Source of the DNA: Callorhinchus milii
Lineage: Eukaryota
DNA length: 64,000 nucleotides
Direction: 5' to 3'
Assembly: GCF_018977255.1 (NCBI RefSeq)
Contig: NW_024704742.1
Location: 61,878,001-61,942,000, forward strand
Shown piece after piece: positions 53,702 to 64,000 of the stretch. Numbering within the stretch: the first letter of the stretch is position 1; every line of letters starts with the position of its first letter. Made by a program: the position numbers and the translations under genes. The notes beneath the pieces were generated by a model, which did no database searches, was not told the origin of the DNA, and worked only from the letters and a program-made list of their open reading frames with translations.

Positions 53702-53929
53702 CCCACAGTCCTTCCGCCTCGCCCCCTTCCTTGCCTCCTTCAAGACCCATCTCAAGACCCTCCTCTTCAACCGTACCTTAGGTCACCGTCCTACCCCTAC
53801 CCTCCCTGCCCTCCACCTCTCCTGATCCCAACCAGCAGCTCGGGTTCAGATCCCTGACTATCCAGCACCTTAGGAGGGATGTCCTCCTAATGTGAAAGGA
53901 GCTGTACAAATGTAATTTGTTGTTGTTGA
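53702..53929 (+). mobile_element. L2 LINE 3' end with (TTG)n tail
   Basis: Closely similar to 11085-11290. Further L2 pieces lie at 54560-54782 (-) and 58275-58490 (-). Confidence 0.88.
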
Positions 53930-55390
53930 TCACATTGTCAAAACATCTGAAATCACTTCATAGTATTTATTGTAAAGTGTACTGACTCTATATTTGTGGG
54001 CGCATTTGTGTGTTTGTATTTAAGTCTAACATTGGGACCCAAGATCACAGTGCAGTCTGTCATTCAGTGGTGAATAATCAAAAGTACCATCTTCTGGAGG
54101 GGATCTCAAACTGAGGTCTTCTCTGTTTTCAACTAGACACTGAAAATCTCATAGCGTCCTTTGAAAAGAAAAGTAAGTTTCTTCTTGTGTCATTCTCACC
54201 AGATTAATTAATAGATATATCCAATAGCTGTTAGTGGCACAAAAAAATGTTGTTCAGTTTGCCTGCAAAAAACAGTCACTGCTCTTGATACTGATTTCTG
54301 CACTTTTTGTCTTGAAAAGTTGAAAAAATTCAAATTGTTTCTTTTCACTAACATCGCCCACAAAACACAAAGTTACTGCACTTTACAGAATATCCTGTGA
54401 AGCTCTATACTGAAAGTAAAGATTACTATTTTGTTCCAACTTCACAATATAAAATATGCGGCTTAATTTTAACGACAAAATATGATTAAATTTCCACTCA
54501 GCTTTTCTAATTGCATTCAAACAAGTATCCTTTGGATTCGGGAAATACAAACAACTGCAATAATTCACATTTATGTAGCACATTTCACGATGGGAGGGTT
54601 GCAAGAGATCACAGAGGCATGGTGGGGAAAAGTCATAGGAGATTTTAATGTGAGGCTGAGGAACTTGAATGCAATCTTCTGAGGGTTGGGGAGCCAGTGC
54701 ATCTGAGCGAGGATGGAGTGGATGGACGCACGGAGCCTGGTGCAGGAAAGAACACAGGCTGCAGAGTTCTGGATGAATTGCAGAAATAAGTAATAATCAG
54801 CACTGTTAATAGCTAACAGTTGTTCAAAAATGAAGAAGAGTTGTTAGTGAATAATTGAAATGCAATATGGCTACATGTTATAGAGATTTCATAATTGAAA
54901 AACTCATCTAGGAAAATAGAATGTGTTATGGTCGCAGAAAAATAAATGTCACGTTTCAGCAGCTAAATCTAACACATGTCTCCAGCATCTTTTTTATATG
55001 CTATAGAATTATTTTTTAGTTCAAAACTCTGTTTTGAGTCTTTGTACTTCTACACCCACTAAAGTGCTGAGACTGGTAGTAGATTTGAGCACAAAGAGGT
55101 GCCAGTGTTATCTATGTTAGTCCAACAAAGGTTATGTTACACTAACAAGAACATCCTTAGTTCAGAGGTGACATGAACCAGCTGGTGTTTTGCTGTATGC
55201 TAATACCAGAAGGTTCCATTAAACACAGAGGGAGGTGTATTTGGGTGCTTCCATCACAAAGTCCATTGGCTGATGTAATAATAATAATCCTTGGATTTGA
55301 TATAGTGCCTTATCAAGGCTTTAAGATGTCTTCTGAAACAGAACCTATTTAAAGAGGCAGACCTCCCCATTTTCCTTAAATAATATTATA

Positions 55391-55894
55391 TCTATAATAA
55401 TAAAGACAAAATGCTTGTGTGTCGCAATAACCAATCGACGTAAGGACATGATTTATTCCTCATTGGAAAGGTCTTGCATGGGGGAGTGTCATGGGCATTT
55501 TGTCAGGAATCACCTATCCTTGATGAACTGTATTTAAAAAAAAATTTAATTAAGCCCCAAAATATGAGGCATACATGACGTTCTGCAATAAAGTAGGTAC
55601 AGAGGAGATTACACACCCTTAGAGAGAGATGCATCTATACTGATATATTCTGCAACAAAGTAGCACAGAGGAAAGCTATGATCTAAACAAGCTCATCACA
55701 CATATATGCACTCCAACAATAAGACCTCCCAACAGGAATCCTCCCACAGGAATCCTCCCAACAGGAGTCCTCCAAACCAGGTGTCCTCCCAGCTGATAAA
55801 GATGAAATGTCTGTCTGTGTGTCTGTCTGTGTGTCAATCTACATTCCATATTGGATCCTTTGGATGCAAGTGAAGCTGCAACGGATACAGCTAG
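55391..55894 (+). mobile_element. Non-autonomous Helitron
   Basis: 5' TCTATAATAATAAAG and 3' GCAAGTGAAGCTGCAACGGATACAGCTAG; inserted between A and T with no TSD; internal ~15-bp tandem repeats and (TGTC)n. Confidence 0.8.
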
Positions 55895-57344
55895 TAGTTA
55901 TTAGATATATTATTTACACATTACAAAAGACTGCAAGAATAGGGTAACCATGACAATCTGCAATCTTCCAGATTAATTCATTACTCACTTCATGGCTGAT
56001 TGCAGAACTTTGCTGTGTCCAAATCAGCTTTTATAATTGCTTACAAATATGAAGTCACTACACTAGACTTCCCTGTGAAGCACTTTGAGACATTACATTG
56101 CTATGCGCAAATTAGCTGCTGCATTCTCCTACAAATACATAGTTACTACACTTAACAGTAAAATTCTGTAAATGTCTCAATGGCATGATAAGACGCTTTT
56201 TCAAATGCAAAGAATATTATATACTATACTTCAACCTTAAAGGTAAATTAAAAGAAAGGATTATTATTATTATATCTGGTTACCATTAGAAGTCATTATG
56301 TGTAACTTCCTGCTGCAATTATTGTGGATAATTTTGACTCCCAGAATTCTACATATGTTCAACTCAATATGATTATGTTAGCAAAATCAGCTGATACTGT
56401 GTTAAAGTCTTCACACAAGGATCACATACATATCTGATTAGGAATGGGACAGGAGTTACAGAAATACGTATGGAGAGATACAGTGATTGGCCATGGAGCT
56501 TGATACTGTAGTTCTTGTGTTGCTAGGAAAATGGCAATCAGTTACAGTGTTAAATAGTGAAGATGTAAAGCTGTCAGTTTGTATCATTACCTTTGGGGGA
56601 CAGGGAGATAATCTTACCGTGGGCGACTATTTAAGAAGGTGGAATCTATAATAGATTGTACATGGTTCTTACTGGAAGCACATCAATATGTCACACCCTT
56701 CTATAAAATACAGTCGCTACACTTTCAAAAATAAAGATTTGTCATATTTCAGAGAACACTTTGCAATGTAACTAAAAAGGCCACTATAAAGAGATGTTTT
56801 GACAACCCATTAAAAGATGTTAATCTTGAAAACAGCAGTTTGTTATAAGAATAATTTCCTCCTTCTTTCCTTTGGGTACTGAATTGATGAATTTTACATA
56901 AATCCTGTGATGCGCTTTGAGATATCCTCCCAACGTGAAAGGTGCTACATCAACTGCAAGGATTACTATTATTATTAATATTTTATTATTATAATTTGTG
57001 TAAGACCTTGATGGCTGCAGTAACGCAGGGAAGTGAAACGTTTTTAACCAAGATATTACTCCAGTTCACAGCGACCAAATAGATGCACACAGAAGGACTT
57101 TGAGCTCATATTTTCAAGTTACCTAGACAATGCACTGTGGCTAAACACTGATCATGTATTACTGCAGTTCTTCAAGTCTCGAGGGTGCTTGATGGGTGAA
57201 AAAATATCATTTTGAAATAGATTTGTATCAGTGAACAAGCTTAATTTCTTGATTCTTTCATGCGAATTGAAGTGAATGAAATTGAATTGAATCTGAGAAT
57301 TTGGTGTGTGTCAGTTGCAATGAGACACATTTAATCTATGCTGA

Positions 57345-57700
57345 TACTCCCAATGCTCTGTTGAGGATGTGATACCATAGGCAGCGGTTCCCTCCTTTGG
57401 ATGAGAGAGTAAACCAGGTGACGAGGTCCCGTCTGACTGTCCAAGTGGATATTAAAGATCCCTTGGCACCATTCAAAATAGAGAAGGGAATTTTCCATGA
57501 TATCCTGGCCACAATCCACCAAATAAAATTGGTTATTTGCTTCATGGCTGTTTGTGGGATATTGCTATGTGCAAATTGGCTTCTGCATTTGCCCACATAA
57601 TACCCAGTTGCTACACTTTATTGTATGTCCTGTGAAGCACTTTGAGATGTTTCAACGATGTGATAAGGCGATATGCAAATGATAAAGGTTATTGTTATTG
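57345..57700 (+). mobile_element. Deu-domain SINE
   Basis: GTGGATATTAAAGATCCCTTGGCACCATTC core and tail. Confidence 0.85.
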
Positions 57701-58633
57701 TAGTATAGGCTGACACTTCAATGCAGTGCTGAGCATGGTGGAGAAGTTGACTGCTGCAAATTGGCATGCCAAGTGGTGCCACTGTAAAGTGAGCACTGCT
57801 TCCTGTCAAGACAAAACTCAGGCAAAGTCACAGGCAGCTGGCATCACTCCATTGCTGAGTGTTTATTGCTCAGTGAGAATTCAGGCTTGTAAAGTGCAAC
57901 ACACTGTCAGTTAATGAGATCCGTACACACCAATCACATTTAGCAAATATTCTAGCCAATGCAACGTGACTGCTAAAAACTACTGTAAAATGTAAAATAT
58001 TTGCATCCAAAAGAGATTATTCTTGATGCACTTTGACTGGGTTCCTTTTTGATATGTTTAATTGTTTCAAGCTCCACATTATTTTCTCATTGTTGCTAAT
58101 TCATTTCATGGCTGCCTTTCTGTGTGCCCAAATTGGCTGGTGTGTTTGTCTGCAAAACACACAGTCACTACACCTGACAGTAAATCTTTGCAGCGTTTTG
58201 AAATGTTTCAATGAGGTGATAAGGTGGCAAATACAAGGATTATTTACAATGCAATTTGCATTCATATTACTCTAATGTCAGGAGAGCAACTCACAGCATT
58301 GCTGGCTGAGGAGTGGGAGTGGGAGTGAAGGTGGATGGGGAGAGGAAAGATGACTGAAAGTATGGTCAAAGAGGTATGTCTTGAGATGGTGAGGGAGCAA
58401 GTTGGAGGAATGCCAGGATGGAGTTCCAGAAAGCAACGTGCAGAATGGCTTAAAGCCTGCCTGCCGATGGTGGGTTGGATAAGGTGGGGGATATTATTAT
58501 TGTTAAACATGATCTTTGCATAGAATTAAGCATTCAAGATCACAAGCTTATTTCCCACTTGCAAAGGAGAAAAGCAAACAAGGTAACACATTTTGGAGAG
58601 TGAACATTATTTATCAGGACTATTTTCCATCAG

Positions 58634-58709
58634 GAATTCATGCAGTACTGCATCCTGGCCAGAGGGGTCACTGGTAGCTCTATTACCTTACAGAGACAAT
58701 GAGCAGAAA
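58634..58709 (+). CDS. Candidate exon (76 nt)
   Basis: Acceptor tattttccatcag, donor AAA|gtgagt. Phase 0 reads EFMQYCILARGVTGSSITLQRQ*; phase 2 reads NSCSTASWPEGSLVALLPYRDNEQK. Both join in frame with 40475-40583. Confidence 0.35.
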
Positions 58710-59499
58710 GTGAGTCTTCCTCTATCGTTCCTTCACAGAATACTGGAAAACCTCTGGTTTTACTTTTGCAGGAGATTTTTTTAAGGAACTTCAAGGTCTT
58801 TCTGACAGACCTGAAAGCCGAACCGATCCCACTTTGTTACATTTGCAAAGTCCTTGCATTTGATGTAGCACCTTTTGCATACGGAGGACAACTCAAAGCA
58901 CTTCACAGGATTGACTGTAAAATTAAGTGACTTTATTCTGTAGGTAAACACAAAGCATAAGGAGAGAAAGAGGGAATGATCCTTATAACATTCTGCTGCT
59001 TTCAAGATTTTTTAATAAGGTGTCAGAAAAATCTCTGAAATATGACAAATGTTTTTGATACCGATGTGTACTTTTACTAATTTGCTGTCATTCACATTTC
59101 TCTGTTCAAACCAGTAATCGAATTGTTTCTCTACGTTGTACTCTCTCAAAGAGACATCTTATTTTTTATTTTTAACGTTGCAGTATATAGGTGATCTTCT
59201 TACAAAAGGTCAACCTTTTTTGAAGCTACTGAATGGAAATTTCTGCTCAGTATCTTGTTGGAGATCCAGTGCACTATATAATTAGCTCAAATATAATTTA
59301 AACAGAGATAATTGTGCCACATTAATAACCTGACAGCAGATTTCTGCATGGGCCTCAATGCAGCACTTATTGTTATGTACTTGAAACTGAGTGGAACAAA
59401 GCATGGGTTAAACATCAACAGTGAGCTTTGTATAACTTTCTGATTACTGAAAACAAATACCGTTATAACTAACCCCATTTATAAACAAATGCGAGAAAT

Positions 59500-59792
59500 T
59501 TGGCATAGTGCCTTTCATGGCAGGAGGATTATTCAAAGAGCTTCACAGGAGTTTCCTGTAAAGTGTAGCTACAGTATTTTGTAGGCAATCGTGGCAGCCA
59601 ATTTGCACATACCAATGTCCCACAATGTCCCATTTTTAAGTAAATGACCAATTTTATTTCAAGGACTGTTGACCAGGACACTGGAAGAAACTCCCTTCCC
59701 TTTACAAATGGCACCATGGGATCTTTAATGACTACTCAAACAGGCAGTCGGGATCTCGTTTTAATGTCTCATCTGAAGGACACCACCTCTGA
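59500..59792 (-). mobile_element. Deu-domain SINE
   Basis: Tail and Deu core in reverse. Confidence 0.85.
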
Positions 59793-60619
59793 TTATAACT
59801 GCTCAACTTTGTGCTTCCTGTTACCAATTCATTTAGTTCTCCCCCACCCCCCCATACACAAAAAGAGCAAAATGGCAGCTTGAATTTGTTTTAACATGTA
59901 AATTATGATTCGTTTTTTTCTCGTGAAGTGAAACAACAAGTGGTAGAGTGAGTTTAATGTCTGCAGCGAGGTAGGTTACTGCAGTCTTGAATGAGTGAGT
60001 GTCTGTGAGCCAGTGGGTCCTAGGACCACCGTTTTGTAAAGGAGGTACTATTATGTTGTCAGTCAAGTGATAATGGCGAAGGCTGTTTGTTTAGACTATG
60101 GTGCTCTTCACTTTAATTCACCCTGGCTCCAGTGTGACATGTTAAAACTGCTATCAACAGAAAATCCGCATTTTGAAGAAAGACTTAAAACAACAGCAGC
60201 CCCAAAGGCCAGAAATTACTCCTGTTAAGGTAATTATCTAAAAGCATTTAAGAAGCAATCTTTTAAAATTCTTTTCCTCACGAGCCCCAAACCCTTCCCC
60301 CTCTCCTTCTCCCCATCCCTGCCCCATTGCTATTTCCCCCCTTATTTTAGTGCCTTGTAAATTTTACCTTAATGCATGCACAAAATGTTTCTCACTTTAA
60401 ACTTGTATTTCTCAGGTAGCCAGTGCAAAATAAAATACAGAATAACAGACAGAGCAACAACATTCAGAAAAACTAGACTAGGTGCTTTTTGAATTTCCTC
60501 TGAAAGGTCAAGTAAATGACTGTTCTTACAAGGCCCTTAATATATACTTGTGTCTATTCTGTTGAAGGTATTCAGAGAACTCTGTGACTCTGGTAAAGGT
60601 ACTTTGCATCAGCCGGTTA

Positions 60620-61270
60620 TTTCTTTTTTTGGTCAGCTGGGTGTCTGACACATAAGGAAACCCATCTCCATGCGTAAAAGTATCCAAACCAAGCAGAGAT
60701 TTCAATGTATTCCACCTACACATGGAAATTACAGAGATAGATTGTTGGAATGGAATGCATACTCTTCCTGGAGGGACACATCATGCAGGGTAGCGCTTTG
60801 GGACTCTACCCCATGTGAAAGGCACTGTTGTCGCTTACCTAATTCTGAAAAGTATTAGATGCAGGTTGGCAAGAGCCAAGGTTCGGAGACCCCAGAGTAT
60901 GCGTGGGTACCAGCTAAAACCACATAGTTTGCAATTAATAACACTGTTTGGGAAGCTTTCCCGCTGCTTGTCCACCTGGGACCACCCTATCAGTTAGGGC
61001 TTTGGCTTGTAGGGTTAACAGGAGCTGAGTGAGAGGATTCTCTAACCCCAGTGACTGCCTTTCCAGTTCCTGCCGATGAGCGAGGTTGGCTGTGCTGTTA
61101 TCAGCAGTGATCTGGAATACTGCGGATCTGTCTGGCTCAGGAACCGAACTACTGAGACTGCCACAGAGGGTTGGCTCGATTTCGACATTCCATTGCCAGA
61201 CATGTCACCTTGGAGCCAGTTCAGCTCCAAAGAGACTCCAATTAGACTCGGTTGTAAATGCTGCAAAACA
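60620..61270 (-). mobile_element. Unclassified repeat family A, longest contiguous copy
   Basis: Covers the segments found in the other copies; carries a small L2-tail insertion at ~60785-60832. Confidence 0.85.
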
Positions 61271-62094
61271 TCTTAAAGACCTTCCTAACAGACCTCACAC
61301 TGTAGCCTTAAAACTTAAGAATGTGCATTATTTTGCAAAATTCTTCAAATGAATTGGAAGCCTGCTTTCCATAGAATTGCGGAAAAAAACTTCCAAAATA
61401 AACAATAACAAGAACAATCCCCAGTATATCCTGTGAAGCGCTTTAAGACGTCTCAATGACGTAATAAGGTGTCATATCCAATGCAAGGATTATTATAATT
61501 ATTATTATTTATAAGTAGTTAGTCCAGTGGTGGACAACAACAACAACAAAATTACATTTATAGAGCGCCTTTCACGTCGGGAGGACGTCCCAAAATCTGG
61601 AAAGTCAGGGATCGGAACCCAAGCATGGGGGAGGGTGGGGTTGTGGTGTAGGGGTGAAGGAAGGCAGAGAGGTTGGAGGGCGACTGAATGCATGATCGAA
61701 GAGGACATCTCCCCAAAAGATCTCAAGATTGTGAGGTAAAAAAGGGTTGCTGACTCATGGGAGGCACTCGGCAGCCAGGTCACAGGGTTGTTTGGAAGCC
61801 AGTTATGCGAGTGCTTGGAAAATTTCCCGATTTTCCATCAGCCACTGAATGGGCGCCATATTAGAGTGGTCTTAGTCATGGCATCATTGGGACCATTATT
61901 AATCCTCTACTGGTGTGAATCAGTCTATTGCATGTTGAATGTCTGAGTCTGCTCATTGATGTGCAATGGAATCTACATTGCTGCTTATGGATAAAAGGAA
62001 ACATTTTCATACATGTTTCAAGGGAATCAAGGGTTATGTGGGATGGGGTGGAGAGGAATTAGAAATCTGGGTGGAGATTCATGTGGAGTCTAAG

Positions 62095-62390
62095 ATGAGA
62101 TATTAAACCAAAATACTGTCTGCCTGTTCAGGTGGATGTTAAAGATACTATGGCATTATTCAAAAAGAGAAGAGAATTTCTCCTGGGGTCCTGTTCATCA
62201 ATCCCCCAGATAAAATTGATCATTCACTTCTTTGCTGTTTGTGAGCCAATGTGTGCCCAAATCGACTGTTGTATTCGCCCACAAACACACATTCACTAAT
62301 CTAAACGATAAATCCTGTGAAGCACTTTAAGACATTTTAACAATGTGATAGGGCTTCATATTAAATACAAGGATTATTATTATTTATTAC
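62095..62390 (+). mobile_element. Deu-domain SINE
   Basis: GATGAGATATTAAACC..CTGCCTGTTCAGGTGGATGTTAAAGAT core and tail. Confidence 0.85.
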
Positions 62391-63794
62391 TATTTTCTTT
62401 TACTGATATGTTCTCATAAAAACAGACACAGTAACAGCCGAATATGGTTCACGTCCACAGGTTGTATAAAATGTGAAATATACATTTTTCATAGGTTATC
62501 ATTGGATTATGGACTGTTTAAGACTCACAAACAATCCATGGTTTGCTTCTGCATTTGAGGCTCTTATTCTTACATTAACTTTTGTGATTTGAGTCAGAAC
62601 AATAAGAGATTTTAATGGGGAAAAATTAAAACTCCCAAGGAAAATCTACAATTATCCCATAAAACCAGCCATTTAACAGTTCAGCAAAGGTGTGGAAGGT
62701 GCCCTGGGCAAAACAAGGACTGTAAAAGAGGCAATAAATGCAACATCTTCTCGTTCATTAGCAGCTCATTGTACACAAAGCAAATGAGAACACGGACAGC
62801 TGTGAGTCAGAGTAGAATCACCCAAAGAAAAGTGAAGTATCCTTTAATAAATTAGACCAGATTTTATGACATGCAGTTGTGTGGTGCAAATGTCTGTCTC
62901 TCCTATAGGACAGTTTGGATCAAAGCACCAGTAAATATTCGTCCGGCCTTTCCTGCACTTCAAGTTTATTTAGGAAAGTATTCCAACAGTATGTCTCCAT
63001 GTTAAGGATTGCAAAGTAGCTTCAAAAGTCAATCAGGTAGCCACAGGCTGCAGGTGAGAGTCCCAAAACTATTTGCTCTAACTGAAATATGTCTCGTCAC
63101 TGTGAAAGAGGCAGCCTTTGCCTTGTTCCAAATTGTGCAGAATACCATCAATACAAGGACATAGAGCAAGAACCATATAAAGGAGTTTGCAAAGGCATAA
63201 GCGCATCAAAGGACAAAATGCTAGGAAAGAAAATAAAACTCATGCAAGTTTGTATAACTTAAGTGAAATTCCACTTAAAAATTATACAGTGAATAGGATA
63301 ACATCTTATTGGTCAGAGTGTTCAAATTCAACGCAGGATGAAAGACTTCATTATTTTAGGTCACTTGAAAGCAATTCCTTGTTGGATGCAAGTCAACAGC
63401 ACACACCATTTACTGCTGAGGACTAAATTGTCTGTCTCTCTCAGATATCATGATAAAATGGAGTAAAGTTTGTGTAGTGTACAGGTTATGTGGTAAAAAA
63501 TTTAGACTATCGACTCTCAGTTTATCTAGTATAAACATCCTGGAATTCGTTTGACACTAGGTAAAATTACATTTTGGGGGCAGAGTGCGAAGATTGAATG
63601 ACCCCAAATCTACTGGTCAAGGGAGCTACCACTGGCTTCACTCTCCTGTGTTAGCTGATCTCATCCAGGCAGCTGTCACTGCAGTTGAGGAAAAGTAGTA
63701 TTGAAAGTTATGGGGAAAGAACAAGTGGAATAGGTTTTGAGTTGATAGCTCCAGTAACAGAGTAACATCAGCAGAGACATCATCTTAATAAAAG

Positions 63795-64000
63795 CAATAA
63801 TAATTCTTGCATTAAATATAGCTCTTCATCATACCATCAAAAAAGCATTTCACAGATATTTACTGTAAATTGACTGTGGATTTGTAGACAAATAGAACAG
63901 TACATAACAATATCCCACAAATGGCTGTGAAGTGAATGACCAATTTTATTTGGGGGATTGTTGACCAGGATACTGGGAGAAACTCCCTTCTCTTTGGAAT
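63795..64000 (-). mobile_element. Deu-domain SINE running off the window end
   Basis: Tail and core in reverse. Confidence 0.85.

Noticed and set aside
58772..58850. Exon EIFLRNFKVFLTDLKAEP after tttacttttgcag
   Set aside because: Would need a 62-nt intron and runs into a SINE without a clear donor.
62909..63053. Exon candidate between cctatag and CAG|gtgaga
   Set aside because: All three frames contain stops.

Overview
This is AT-rich, repeat-dense vertebrate genomic DNA with no long ORFs; the ORF track is mostly repeat-derived or spurious. The repeat content points to a cartilaginous fish, probably a chimaera such as Callorhinchus (inference): tRNA-headed Deu-domain SINEs with L2-type (TAT)n tails, plus L2 and CR1 LINE fragments, AmnSINE2-like, LF-SINE-like and shark Penelope-type fragments. 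The window looks like the interior of a large gene or a regulatory gene desert. It has a few candidate + strand exons (best 40475-40583) whose product I cannot identify, and several repeat-free, motif-rich blocks resembling conserved non-coding elements. Structurally defined elements are a non-autonomous Helitron (55391-55894), a hAT/Charlie-type MITE with TSD (13331-13528) and an unclassified dispersed repeat family with at least 6 fragments. The most unusual signal is a set of inverted repeats. A 98-bp, 97/98-identical pair (45231-45328 / 46251-46348) is flanked by a 5-bp direct repeat and encloses a 108-bp zero-spacer palindrome. Older inverted pairs also occur, one of which loops out a candidate exon. 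Repeat family names come from recalled consensus sequences, not database searches, and repeat boundaries are approximate unless stated.
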